A stretch of 64,000 nt of DNA, taken from positions 1,931,715 to 1,995,714 of the forward strand of contig NW_003314284.1 in the NCBI RefSeq assembly GCF_000143415.4. Direction: 5' to 3'. Numbering within the stretch: position 1 is the first letter of the stretch; every line of letters starts with the position of its first letter. Both the position numbers and the translations under genes were made by a program. The notes under the pieces are model-generated. The model ran no database searches, had not been told where the DNA came from, and was given only the letters and a program-made list of their open reading frames with translations. Source of the stretch: Selaginella moellendorffii. Taxonomy: Eukaryota; Plantae; Lycopodiophyta. This document shows, in pieces, positions 51,071 through 64,000 of this stretch.

Positions 51071-52541
51071 TGTGAGACACAAAATCCCTAGGCCCCAAAG
51101 TGGAGCTTGAAGGGTGCCACATGGTAGTGGCCAAAGCGAAAGCCAAACGAGCGTAACATGTTTGGACCAAAGGCTCCGACTTGAAAAGTCGACAGTGAGA
51201 GTGGAACTCACAACGAAGTGCTCGAGGAACAAGCACAAAGTGAGCAATAAGTGAGTCTCTAGAAAAGGGACCCAAGATGGATCTGAGATAGAGTCCGAGA
51301 TGGACCCGAGATGGAGTTCGAGATGGACCCAAGATGGACTCCGAGATGGACCCAAGATGGAGTCCAAAATGGACCTGAGATGGAGTCTGAGATAGAATTC
51401 GAGATAGAATCTAAGATGGACCCGGATGGAGTCCGAGATGGGGTCCAAGATTGGGACTGGGATCGAGTCCAAGTCCGAGTCCGAGTCTGAGTTTGAGTTT
51501 GAGTCCGAATACTATTACAGGCAATTGGGTGAAAGCCCAAAGCAATCATCCGCCCAGAAGGGGGGGGGGGGGCGCGCTGCGAGGGGTTCCAAAAGTATAG
51601 TAGAGAGAGTGTGGGGGGTTGAAGCCCAGTGGAGCCAATTTGGCCAAAAAAGGCCAGTTTGGCCAAGGAAGGCCATACCCAGTGTTGGGTGATGAACTGA
51701 CCACTGGGAAGTCCAAGACTAGAGTGAATACAGACCAACAAGCAAAGTAGCTTAATGAAGTGTTCAAGAGCCGGCTCTAGTTCCCTCGGGAGATCGAATG
51801 GTCGATGCTCCCAGTCCAAATGTGGGTGGCACTACCTACTTGGATGCTTGGTGGGGCTCAACAAAACCTTGCTCTAAACCCATGGCTAGAGCACCTAAAG
51901 GCAGAAGGCGGGGAGAGTACCCATAAGGCCCGTGTAGAGCCACAGTGTTCCGAAATGTTGTCCTAAAGTCCCAGATTGTGGAAAGGAAAAAGAATAGCCC
52001 TTTGGTGTGGTGACCAAGGACACAGTCACATGGTGAGGAAGTCTCAGAGGACTGTAGGACTTAGTGGTTGGGCCTGTAGGCCTGGATCCAGTGGCAGTGT
52101 TAGTGAACATAGCCATAGACAGAAAGGGACTTGGTGAAGACCGAAAAAGAGATTTTGGGGAAGGCTATTTCCCATATCTACGGGCATCTTAAGGATGCTA
52201 AGGAGTGGATCTGGGATGACCACTCATGGATGGATGGCCCAGTCTTGGAGAGACAGGATTGCAATGCAGATGGTGTTAGACCACCGATATGACCAAGGTG
52301 AATGGGTATGGCCTAACATAACAGGCTGATATGTTGATAGTACCTTGGGGTGTCAATCATGGGATCAAACACGTGGAGCACTTGGACCAAGTGCAAAGGT
52401 TGAGTGGCATGGATGCCATTTTCGGGGCAAGCAAGCCCTAAGTCCTGAATTGGACTTAAGGAGGTTATGAATGAGACTCTTTTAAGTGGTCAGAGGTATG
52501 GTTAAGTGACTAAAGTAGAATGGAAAAATTAATCGCTTACA
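51071..52541 (+). mobile_element. Solo LTR of the same family, nested in an older LTR
   Basis: TGTGAGACAC...GCTTACA with TSD CTCGA on both sides. Confidence 0.9.
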
Positions 52542-52584
52542 CTCGAACTCAAACTCAAACTTGAACTCAGACTCAGACTTGGTC

Positions 52585-52890
52585 TTTAAGAATGCATCCC
52601 CTTCTTCAATCAATTAAGGGTTTTGGGATACTTATGGTTAAACATCTTGGGTTTGAATAGTACTAGGCTAGGTGACCTCCCAAAAAGCTCAAATTCAGTC
52701 ATTTATATTTGGTATTAAAGGGGTCTCAGGTCCATCTCTATTGGTTGGCTTAGAGGAATTATACCATATGTTAAAATTGACATCTAATAGATCCAATTTA
52801 CCTTTGGCTAAGCTCAACCCAAGAGATAGAGTGTCAAGAGAGCCCTCAAGTAGGGTGTTAAGAAAGCGAGGCTCTCAAGAAAGCTATGCC
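52585..52890 (+). mobile_element. Truncated second Cassandra-like copy
   Basis: GGGTTTGAATAGTACTAGGCTAGGTGACCTCC followed by TTTGGTATTA and sequence resembling the internal repeat of 42981-43360. Confidence 0.6.
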
Positions 52891-53072
52891 TATGTTGTCT
52901 TTGTTCTATGTCTAATTTAGGTAAACTTGCATGTTAAACAGTGTTAGACGGTGTCTAGCACAATTTTAGCATATTGGTAGCCCAACGCGAGGAAGAGGGC
53001 ACCCCACTGATTAAAGCAACATAGAGCTTAGGCTTAGACCCAAGCCAGATATAAAATAAGAAGCAACATAGC

Positions 53073-53735
53073 TATAACACACCTTATCTCTCTCCCCTTA
53101 AACCAACTGGAAAAGGGGCAATTGCTTGATGAGAGAGCCCTTAGTGGCTATTTTATCCCCATTTATCCCCCAAGGTTCCAAGGATCCACGGTGACAATAT
53201 ATCTAAATCTCATCCCATGATCACATGCGCTACACTCACCCCCCCTTCAAAGATGTCAATGTATTGACTAACAACCCCTACTGAGCCAAGGGGAACCAGC
53301 ACCTCCATTTCCGCACTCAATCTACCAATCCTTCCATTGTGTAGACCAGCTATTCCATGTGAGGCAACTAGTCATCCACCCGTACCGCAGTCCCACAGTG
53401 GATACTTTCGTCCGTGGATACTCCACACAAGAAGAAGGACGTATGCATGGATGTCCAATACGTACGATTTCAAATTTAGAGGTAGGAATATACCTTGCTC
53501 AAGAGTATATTATATTTTTAAGTAGCCACTAATCAATAGGAATCAAACTTGTGCCATTTGCTCCGATACCAACTGTAGCACACCTTATCTTTCTCCCCTT
53601 AAACCAACTGGAAAAGGGGCAATTGCTTGATGAGAGAGCCCTTAGTGGTTATTTTATCCCCATTTATCCCCCAAGGTTCTAAGGATCCACGGTGATAGTA
53701 TATCCAAATCTCATCCCATGATCACATGCGCTACA
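53073..53735 (-). mobile_element. TRIM (162-bp LTRs, no 5S sequence)
   Basis: LTRs 53073-53234 and 53574-53735; PBS reverse complement GCTCCGATACCA ~53560-53571; PPT reverse complement CTCACCCCCCC at 53235; TSD ATAGC. Confidence 0.9.
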
Positions 53736-55959
53736 ATAGCCTAGCAAAAACAAAATTAATGTCTCAAATGGTTGGTTATACATTCCAACCACTATCCCTA
53801 CTACACATTTGGAATCCCTCACAGTGCCCCCCCCCCCCCCCCCCCCTTGCGCATCCGACTCTTACCATAAATCATAAATAGTATATGGTTTCGAAATGGA
53901 ATTAACACATAAGGCATAATAGTGAGGGTGTTTGACAAATATAATAAACTACTATATTACGATATTAAGGCACTAGTCTCAATATTGTGGGGGTTCTTGA
54001 TACTAATAAGTGTAAGCCAATGACACAAGTTTATCAAATCAAGCCAAATATGCTTAATGAAAAACACATAAGGGTCCTACTTTATGTTTATCCGATTTAA
54101 GTATACAAATATTGACCAATTTCTCAACTAACTCAAGTGGGAACTATAAAGGGAACCAATTATACCAACCTTTTACTATCATGGTAGTAAAAAGAGAGTG
54201 TTTGTAAAGCTTAACCGACAAGTATTTTTTGATATCTAAAGTTATATTCACGACAATTAAACTCCATTTAGCTCTATTTTACATGTTAGTTTTGGCATTG
54301 AGATGTTGGAAACTCTAGGACTATTCTAATATTGTTTCATACTCCTATCCCTTTGCTTTTTAGGTTGAACACTCATGAGTCACTTTGTGCTTTCGTTACT
54401 TCACTCCTTAGCTACAAGCTTAGGAGTTTAACTTTGTTCCTTCATTTAGTGGCTTAAAGACTTAAAACTTAAATTCTAGTCTGTTGTACTTGGACATGTA
54501 AGAAGGTTTAAGTTCTAATTTGTGGTTATTTTATGGTAAATCACCATGAGATAAAGAATGAAAACCACATATGTTATAACTATTGAAAGTTTATCAAACA
54601 TTATTCAAGAATAGCCCTTTTTTTAATAGGCCAAATAGGAAAAGGGAAAATAGTATAGACAGCAAAATATGAAGTAGCATTTGTCTGCCCCAAAGGAAAA
54701 TTGAAAAAAAACTCCCATATTGGCATTACCAAATTTTGATAAAGACTTCAAAGTAGAAACGAATGTTTCAAAATTTGTGTTAGGCACAATTTTTAAGTAA
54801 GACAATGACTCAATCTTGAAGAAGTTGGAAAAAACTTAACAAAAATGGCCTACCTATAAAAAGGAACTATTTGCAGTGGTGATACTACCTTGGGAAACAC
54901 TTTAAAGTATACATGGATAATGTGATAAGAAAACACTTCTTGTCATAGCTTGACCTCCAAGGAAAATAAGGGCCAATAGTTTAACCAAGTTCGATTGCAA
55001 AATTTTGTATATACCTAAGAAGAGTAATATCATAACACATGTTCTAAGCCAAAACAAAAACTTAAAGTTGGCAATATCTAACACAACAGTAACCTTTTGG
55101 GATGATATATAAATAGCATATGAAGATAATGGTCTAATATAAAAAATGTTGCTAAAGAACTAATAGGCACAAGATGCTCACCAAAGAGGTGAGCTGCCTA
55201 AAGAAGAAAAAATAGGTTATATGAAATGCAATAGACCCATTTATCAAATGGAGCTTTTTATATTTATCCTCTAAAAAACCATAAATATCTAGTTTTGACA
55301 TGCTCGAAACCAAGAAAGAACATATGGGGGGGTGGTGACGAAAGAGGGATCAATGAAACTAGAGTACAGTTTTGTATAGTTCAAATTAAAGAAGTTAGAA
55401 TTCAATTTTGTGCAACCTACATCCTTGCCACTCACTCCACAAATACATGCTCCCAATCCTTAGTGGTGGTGAACCTTCCACCTTATCTATGGTCCCCAGC
55501 CTCATCTCTCCCATGTGATTGCATCTACCGATGTGAGGGATTCAAGTCGATTGTGAGACTAGTGGAGGTACACTGCCCTTGCTTGATCTCCATCCATATA
55601 ATGCATATAGTTTCCTAAAGATATAAAAAGCCCTTAAAGATGTACAGTCTTGGATCCCATAGTGCGTTGAACTAAGAAGGAATGTACAATCTTTGGTAAT
55701 GGTAATATTGCTATTGCTTAAAAGTCCTCTCCTCGCTGTTGTGTGACCAATCCCCTCTGACTGGGATTGTTGTTTCTAGCCTCCCATCAGGATGTTTAAG
55801 TGTAGTGCCGCCATGCCAGTATAGCCATACCCTTGGTGTTATCCATCTGGAATCATGACTAAAGGTGAGCTGCTCCTCTAGGATCCGGGTTGAAGTTACA
55901 TTTTTGCACTCTAACAAGCTAGTTTAATGCAACTTTTAATAAGCTCATTTATTATAAAT

Positions 55960-56460
55960 ATATGAGGGTGTATATTCCATAAAGGGAACTAAGGAAGGTA
56001 GCCTTAAAAGAGTGTCATGATGGACTTTTTGTGGGATACGGTAGAATGCTTAAAACGATGGGTTTACTCAAGAGAAAATATCACTAGCCAGACATAATTA
56101 AGAATATTTAAGACTATGTAAAGACATGTCAGCTTATTGCAAAGGCTTGCAATTTCTAATCATTCTTAAAAAATTTTACAATGGACTTCATTATGGGACT
56201 CCCCCCAAGTAAAAGGTTTTATGCAATTTTTGTGGTGGTGGGTTAGTCTTTTAAAATAACACATTTTATACCCACCACAATGGAAATGAATGCAAAAGGT
56301 GTGGTGAAAATATTCTTCAAACAAATGGTTTAAGTGTAAAAAGGCTAGAAAATATTATCTTAGATCGAAATAAGATTTTCACTAGTAAATTCTGGAAAAC
56401 TCTTCTAGAGTAATATTACACTAAGCTAAAATTTAACATAGTCTATCACCTATAAACAAA
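55960..56460 (+). mobile_element. Degenerate Ty3/gypsy integrase remnant
   Basis: LKECHDG, DYVKTCQ, MDFIMGLP, THFIPT, IILDRNKIFTSKFWKTL, interrupted by stops and frameshifts. Confidence 0.75.
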
Positions 56461-57499
56461 TATTGAATACTGAGTTAAGTATGATGGCAATAACACTTTT
56501 TGACAGATGGATAAATGGAAACTAGGATGCATCAAAATCATCAAGAATTACAACTCTAGAAGCTCATTTCAAATAAACATCCCTAATGAGGTGAAACCAA
56601 GGGTTAAATTTCTCATCTCAACTCTCAAAATGCACAACTCAAATAAAGTGAATAGATAGTTGGAGGATTATTTGTGATGCTATGTCTCCAAAAACCAAAT
56701 AGATGACAAACACTTGCATCCAATTGAAAAGTCTAGGTTTACAGAAGCATCGTTGTTGAGTGAGCTTGCAAATCTAGTTGGGCTTTACATGTAAATGGAG
56801 CTTTTTCAGTGACCTTTGGCTTAGTTAGCACAGGATATCACGAAGTCACACCATCCTCCCCCTTGCATTTCCCAAAAACCAACTATGGATCATCATTCTA
56901 TAACTTGATTGAGCAATTGATCTTTACCTCCAGAGATATATGCCATGAGTTTGAGGCTCCTGGTAGAAGATGATAAGCTGGAATGCTTCCATCCAGGCAA
57001 ACTATATAGCATTGTCACACACAATTTAGAACATGGATCTAGATTGCAAATGGCCTACCCGCTCCTGACAAATTGGACACAGCTAGATAAGTTATTGGAA
57101 CCAGAATGGCATACACAATAACTGGAAATGCAAGAAGCGAGGGAACTTGGAAGAACGTTTGGAAATGAGGGAGCTTCTCAATTATGAGATAAGGTGTGTC
57201 AAGATGACCCGTGATCAGTTTTTTCCGCTAGAAAGATCTGTCCACTGGAGTAACTTATGTTGGGTTGTTTTTTCGCGGTGCTTTTCACAGGCACGGGCCA
57301 CACGTTTGATGGAAACAGCCATGCACTCAGAGCTCCACTAGCAACCATAGTCTGGATCCATTGTTTCTCAATTGCATATTAAGGTTCTATCCATCTATTT
57401 ATGTGTTGTTTTTATGCAAGTCAAAGATAGATACGCAAGCTGGATTGCAAGGATAGGCACAATCTATGGCTTGTTGCCCAGCTTCACCATTTCTCTGAA

Positions 57500-58050
57500 A
57501 GTACCAATTGCCCACGGCCTGAGCTGGGGACTGCAGCAGCATCAACTTTGGTTAGTGCAAGTTATAGTATTAACCTAGGATGCTCTTCCGTCATCTCGGC
57601 AGCCTCTCAGATCACGTCCTTGATCGGCCTCGGTCACGTCCTTCATCTTGTGTGCTGCTGTGCTTGCATTTTGGAGCTCTCACATGCTTGTACAATATAC
57701 TTGTCCAGGTGTATGAGCTTCTTTCGCCTGGAAGTTCGATCATGTCAAGCACAGCCGCGTCAAGGTCTCCCAGATGGTTAACCAGCACAATATCCCTGGA
57801 TTAGTCACCGGTGAGTGATAGAATTGCATTGAGAGCATTGCGCTGGGCTTAATTCATTCGGGTTTTGTTGCGCCTGCAAGAAGATCGCAATCGTCACAAG
57901 ATTAAAAACAAACTTTTTCATATAAGAAGAGAGCACATACATGCATAGGAAAGCATCGGCTTCATCTATAAACAGCAGCAATCCTCTCCTGGTCTTTGAT
58001 GCCAATCCAAACAGCTCGTGGATCTTTGTGACGGCTTGAAGACCAAGTTG
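57500..58050 (-). pseudogene. ATAD3-like AAA ATPase pseudogene fragment
   Basis: QAVTKIHELF...RGLLLFIDEADAFLC|RRNKTRMN*AQRNALNAIL..TGD*SRDIVL; in-frame stops, intron retained. Confidence 0.8.
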
Positions 58051-59447
58051 TTCTAGGTTAAAGGTCTTCATAGAATATACTCCTATTTAAATAAACTTCA
58101 TGCATGACAGCATAGATCCGAAATAAACCTCAGCTTAAAAACCAAAGATTAAACGCAGCCTCGCTAGCATCTCACAGTATCACATCAAGGAGACCTTGAA
58201 GAGGATCTCATTTCACAAAGGTTGGTTCCTCCAAAATCCCTGGAAGATCGAGAAAGCTCACTTTTGCTTCTCCTCCACAAGAATTCTTGGAATTCCTCAC
58301 GAGCATAATGGACGATCAATCCACTGCTCAGATAATGTCTGGAAAAAGGAATCGCTTGAGTGAATTCAATTCATTTTGCTCACTATAATCTCTAGCTAGT
58401 GACGTAAAACTTTTGTTACAAGTATTTCGTATAAATAGTTCCACTCGCAACCAAAGCCAAAGATTTGATCCACGACATCAACTCCAAGGTTTGTTTGGTC
58501 ACATGACGTTAGGAACCTCTCTTCCATCCAGCTTCTTCACGATGTAAAGAGTACCACCATCCATATATGCTCGGCCAAGTGTGCTACCGAGCCATTGAGC
58601 AATGACAAATCCCGCAGTGGAGCGCAATAATCCATACAACCTTAGCGTCTTTTCCAGTGAAATCTCGTCCGAGACAGCCTTGACTGCCTAAATTCCTGGA
58701 GAAGGGAATTCGTGCTCTCTTGCTTGCAAGCCACAAAGAAATTCATCAAGATCTAAAGCTTTGAATCAAAGCAATGTACTTGGTTTGCCAAGGTTCTAAA
58801 GCCTGGCTGGAACCACAGTTGCAAGTACCAATTCCACAGTATTGATCCCTTTCTTGAAGAAACTGGGCACCAGATCTTCCATGCATGGCAGCAATCCATT
58901 GGCATTAGTCAAACTTGCTTAATAATGTAAATGCTCTAACTGTTTTATCAGTTATCAAATTTGAATCTACCTTATTTAGGGTACATTTTTACAGACAAAG
59001 GTAGACACCCTTTTAATTTGAAGCAAAAAATTAATTCGCGACTGGGCAATGTTTTCGAGCATGGTTCGAATCTCCACCGGATCTCAGACAAGACCGAGCT
59101 CCACCATGGTTCCAAAGATTCCTAGAAAACCTGTTCTACTTTCTTTTCAGCAATGCATGGAACAAAAGCCGATCCATTCAAAGAAAACACATTGACAAAA
59201 TTTAATGCTAAGGGTACAGCGGTTGCAACCCGGATGGACCCGAGATCTTTTTTTAAAAGTTATTTTCGGGTCGCATTCGATGATCGCAAGTTTCGTCACC
59301 TTTACCATTTCCAGGGAAAAGGATCCGGGTTTTATTTCGTAGAATCTTTCAACACACGACTCCCTCATCCGACGGCTGAAAGTGTTGCCAATTGGCCCCA
59401 TCCAGGCCGTTGGGCTTTGATTTCTAGGGTTCTTCCCGCGGGTGGAA

Positions 59448-62400
59448 ATGGCGACGAGCAGCAGCGCGGGGCCTCCCAGCAGCGGCTCTGGCGTGACCGC
59501 GCAGCAGCCGCAGGCGCAGTATCTGGTGCTCGCGGTCGAGGCGACGGCGGCGCTAGGCCCGTCGTGGCCGCTGCTGCGATCCGAGTATCTCGACAAGATC
59601 GCCAGGTAACTTCTTGCTTGTTGGCGAGGATTCTCGTTCCTGATTGGTATTTTAGAGCGTTCTATGGTCAAGATGGGAATGTCCAGGTGAGAATTTTTTT
59701 TTTCTCTCTCGGTGGTTCTCTCACGGTCGTGGCTTTCTAGAAGGACAATGGGGCTACTCTGGAGATGGCGCTCGTGGTCTTTCGCGGCCATGACTCCTAC
59801 AGTGGTAGGCAAAGACTTTAGAGAGCTTGACATTTATCCATCTATCACAGGCTGCCTGCTCCAGAGAAGTGGCTGGACGCCGAGCTTGGAGCTGTTCCAG
59901 CTATGGCTATCGTCCATCGATTTCTCGGGTGGTGGATTTGGCGAAGTTGCTGTGGCGGAGGGATTAGCGGAAGCTCTTGTGGTAAGCATATATAAGTTTC
60001 ATTTTGAATTATGAAGCTGAGGATTTTGAGCCTTGCAGATGTGTTGTCCCACGACTCAGCCGCCAAGTAACCAGGCATGCCAGAGACATTGTATTTTGGT
60101 GGCAGCTTCAAATCCTCACAGGCTTCAAACTCCCGTCCCTCATCCGCCTCTAAGCACTGGCGCGGACGCGAAGCCGGACCATTGGTGGCTTGCGGATGCT
60201 GAAGCCGTTGCAAGGGCATTCTCTCAGGTTGCTTTATGCATTTTCTCATAGACGATTGTTTTCTCACATCGTGTTTTCCTTCAGTGCCATATATCTCTTT
60301 CAGTTGTTTGTCCGCGGCAGTTACCATCATTAAAGAACCTGTACTCGGTGGTATGCTATTGCTAATTCTTATATGTCTTTCCTTAAGGCTTTTGAGATCA
60401 GGCCAAGCAAAATCCTCGAGCTTCTGACCCTTCGAATGAGATTGCCAAGCACACGCAGCACCTTGTCTTAATCTCCGAGAGCTTTTTGGAGGCCAGGAAT
60501 TGCTTGCGTCGTGTCACTCAGGCTCCTGCACTTGCTGCTGTTAGTATGCCACCATCGCCTACAAGTGTAAAAGTTGAGCAGCAAGCTGCTGCTCCTTTGA
60601 CGGTGCAGACTACACAACCAGTACCTGCAACTGCGGTGCCATCAGTATCCACCGGCACAGGTCTCCTTAATTTTAATTTCGTGAAGGCTTGGCTAACTTC
60701 TTTCTTTTGTCTCGCAGTGCCTACAACCTCTGGAAGGCAATCACAGATCATGTCAAATGGTAACATACCCACGTCAACTGTAAAAATTGTAAGAAATTTT
60801 TTCTATGTTTCGTTTCTTACATATGAAATGCAGGAGCACGTCTCGACCTCTGGTCCGCTCTCATATGGCTCGCCGCCTATGGCGAACACAAGTATGGCAG
60901 CGGTTTCTCTTCCGATACAAAGCTCGGGAGCCACGTCAGCTATGAGTCAAGACGTTCTTCGTCCCCCACTCGGCTCAGACTCATCGACTGCTGTTCAGGA
61001 CTTTAAGAGCATCAACACTAATTCTTTGCAATCGCATCGTCCGGTTCCTGCTGCGAGCGTGCTGAATCAAATCAGGCAGGGAGCAGGCTCAGCAGCGGTA
61101 TCAAGCATTCTCTCTGCTGGATCTTTAGCAGTGGGACAAGTTGGTTTGGGGATCACACAACCAGTTAGTCAGCCAGCTAGCATGGCACACGGACTTAGTG
61201 GCGATGCAGGTAGTGCAAGCCTGGGACCAGTACAAGGAAACGCAAATACTAGCAGCATTCTGCCGTCGAATGCTCCTGCGGGGATGATGCAACCAGCTAG
61301 TATGCCAAGTGGCTTACCTCCGGTGGCGAGCACGGTTGGAATGGCCCAGAGTTTGCAAGCTGCAAATCCTCTCGTGGTTGGCGGCCAGAGCGTCCAGGGT
61401 GCCGGACTTGGAATGCCGCATAGCTCGATAGCAGCACCGAGCAACTCTGTTGGGAGCGCTCCGAATGCTGGTGTGCTGCTTCCGATGTCTCAGCCTGGTC
61501 AGAATCCAGCAACTGGCAACGCTGGAGTATCTCATCTAGTCTCGAATGCTGTTGCGACTACACCACCGCAGCAGCCTGCGAATACAAAGTACACAAAGCT
61601 CTGGCAGGTGCTCGTTTTGACTTTGTGTTGCTTCTCCTTTCTCAAAGTTGGTGTGACAGGGGACATTGGCAGGCCAGAGGCATGGAAAGCCGGTTCCAAT
61701 CTGTAGCTTGGAGGTGAAAAGTCTCGAACGAATGCACATGAATTTCATCTCTATTCTTTTGATGACAGGGATACCGGCAAATCTCGTCTCCTGAAACGTA
61801 CGTATTTACTTATGGAAACTACAGGCATTCGTAACATGTGACCATGCATTGCAGGTTGGCTGCCGATTGGCCGCTGACAATGCAGATAGTGCGTTTAATT
61901 CCACAGGATTACATGAGCAAGTATGGAACGGGAACTTTATTTTCATCTACTGTTATTGATTTTTCTTTTCCTTCCTTTCAGCAGGGAGTACCAAGGAAAG
62001 GCCGAGCTTCTAGTTTTCAGGCCACTAAATCAGCATGGATTCCTCCAGCAGCTCGCAGATAAAAAACTGGTACATATAGAAAAAAAAAAAGTCTTCTCCG
62101 GGGGAACTGATTTTCCGTGTTTTGCTTCCAGTGCGCTGTCATTCAGCTCCCCTCGCAGACGTTGCTGCTTGCCAGCGCTGATAAACCACAGCGAATGATT
62201 GGAATGCTGTTTCCAGGGGTAAGCACATCTTTCTCAAAGCCTGTGAGGTGGTCGTGGTCGGGTTTGATCGCCCATCTCTCACAAGTTTCTTAGTCGAGAG
62301 CTAGAGACTGACGAACCGTGCGTGGCGTTTTCGCAGGATACGGTGGTGTTCAAGCCACAGGGTCAAAATCCACAGCCTGGTGCACCAAATTTCTCGCACG

Positions 62401-62519
62401 GCGGATTTCCGCCAACCGCACAACAGAGCAAACCTCCGCAGATGATGCCGGGTGGATCTCAAATGCCCATGGCCGGCTCTGGTGGCACACAAATTCCAGG
62501 ACAAAGTTACCTCCTCTAG
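59448..62519 (+). CDS. MED25: Mediator subunit 25 (PFT1), multi-exon
   Basis: VWA motifs LVLAVEATAALGPSW, LQRSGWT, FSGGGF, QRHCILVAASNP; ACID motifs KYTKLWQG, LAADWPLTMQIVRLI, LVFRPLNQHGFL, CAVIQLPSQTLLL, DTVVFKPQ. Confidence 0.93.
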
Positions 62520-62744
62520 ATTATAAGGTTTGGTTTGATGGAGAAAAGTTCTCGAGTCGTCTTATAGGTGGCATGTTAAGAGTCCCATGCTTCAATAACA
62601 CTTTATACTACGAGTCACAAAAGATGTCCACGCTTCTGTTATGGTGGCGATCACTACCTCGTCACAATCATTCCATCTCGATTGCCGCTATACCGCTGTG
62701 GACAAGTGCTGGGCCAGATCCCCAAGCGTGCAATCTACCTTGCC

Positions 62745-63400
62745 ATGATCATAGTCGTGCTGATCGCGAGCCTCAGCTTGTGCTTGGAGGCGAAGCTCAC
62801 GGCGGACGTGGGAGTGAGTCGTGACTTTGGCTGCGTAGATTGGAGCCTCGCGAGCAGGGAGGCGATCAAGCAGCGCTCGCTGGTTCCGCTTGCTTCCCAG
62901 TTCGTGGGAGGCAGTGCTCGCCAGAAGGGATAGCTTCATTTCTCTTGCGCTTGCTTGCAGGCTTGTTTGCTGTAGTGGGCCTACGGGCGGAGCACGGCCA
63001 CCTCAAGAACATCACCTTCCACCAGATCGAGGAGCTCTACTCGCAGACCTTCAGACCTTCGAGAGGAAGGCCTCCTCCGTGGGAGCTGCTAGAGGATACA
63101 CCCAAGCCGCGGGGCGCAGCCCAATCTCTCCGGCTTTCGGCCTCTCGGCGGACAACTTTCTCTAGTACGAGGTGGTGACGACCAACGGAGAGCTCGCGGC
63201 CGCGAACGAGTGCCGGGATCTCTTCTGGGCACTCCGTCGCGGCCGGGGAGGAGTGGTGGTGGAGGCGACGCTCAAGACCCATCCGGAGCTTCCTCTCGGT
63301 CACCGCCAAAAACGAGCCGAGCCTCCTGGCGAGGTTCAGATGAGTCGGGCCACTTCTTCCGATCCCTCGCGCTACAGTACCTTCCAGAGGTAGCTGGAGC
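62745..63400 (+). pseudogene. Secreted FAD-linked (BBE-like) oxidoreductase pseudogene
   Basis: Signal peptide, HLKNITFH, GYTQAAGRSPISPAFGLSADNFL*YEVVTTNGE...DLFWALR..GVVVEATLKTHP; in-frame TAG at 63163 plus deletions. Confidence 0.7.
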
Positions 63401-64000
63401 CACTGTTGACTCTCGTCCGCCGGGGCTTGACCTGGTCAGCGTCTTGTTGACCATGCTTTCTTCCTTCGAGGAGTGGCAGGGCGATCGAGCTGCGTCGACA
63501 CCTTCGTTGGGAGCCTTTCTCCGGCTTTCAGGGTGATCCCATGAGAGACCCACTAGAGCTGCTCTTGTTGCTGGTCCAGCATGTCTCGGGCAGGTCATTC
63601 TCTCAATGAGCTGGCAAGTTAAAAAATGATTGTTAGTTACTTTATGATTAGTGATTTCTTATGGATTATTAACACTTTGCTTAGCTCAATGATGATTCAG
63701 TTTACCAAATTGTATTGCAAAAGATTATATAGTTTGTCCATGTTAATATATCAATTCCACATTTGTTAGTATTATTTAGTTGCATTTAATCTATGCTGTT
63801 GGATTGCATTTGAGATTTAACCATAGTGATTCACTCATTGTAGAATTTATCTTGGATATTAAGTAAGTCATTTTTAACATTAGTTAACTTGGTTACTAAA
63901 AAGTTTTATGTGGTGGTTTATTCTTGCTTTCTTTTAATTTTGTTGTGAGTGCATGGAATATGAAAAAGGAATACAGAAATGTGCATATCAATTAGCCCAA

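Noticed and set aside
59060-59080. tRNA gene suggested by GGTTCGAATCTC
   Set aside because: No A-box or cloverleaf found around it.

Overview
Eukaryotic, non-seed land-plant genomic DNA. Tiny 40-70 nt introns, dense genes, a short-repeat PLS PPR gene and a UPF0193 gene point to a lycophyte such as Selaginella (inference). 1-34.3 kb is gene-dense: ACX4-like acyl-CoA oxidase, an inverted pair of secreted LysM proteins, USP39/SAD1, a neprosin/DUF239 peptidase, a PLS PPR, UPF0193/EVG1, a Crinkler/RHS-type NTPase+REase gene, BAM1-like beta-amylase, the mycorrhizal ABCG STR2, MsrB, a metallothionein-like gene, a class III peroxidase, P58IPK, a CML, an RLCK-VII kinase and SNM1B/Apollo. 34.3-59 kb is a nested retroelement island: non-coding LARD-like LTR elements with TSDs, a solo LTR, a 5S-bearing Cassandra-like TRIM, a second TRIM, gypsy remnants and an ATAD3 pseudogene fragment. 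MED25/PFT1 and a fungal-type FAD-oxidase pseudogene follow. The main finding is the Crinkler-like cassette, which sits between two reciprocally decayed copies of a ~1.1 kb UPF0193/BAM junction and looks like a mobilised insertion. All assignments come from manual reading and motif recognition; no searches were run.
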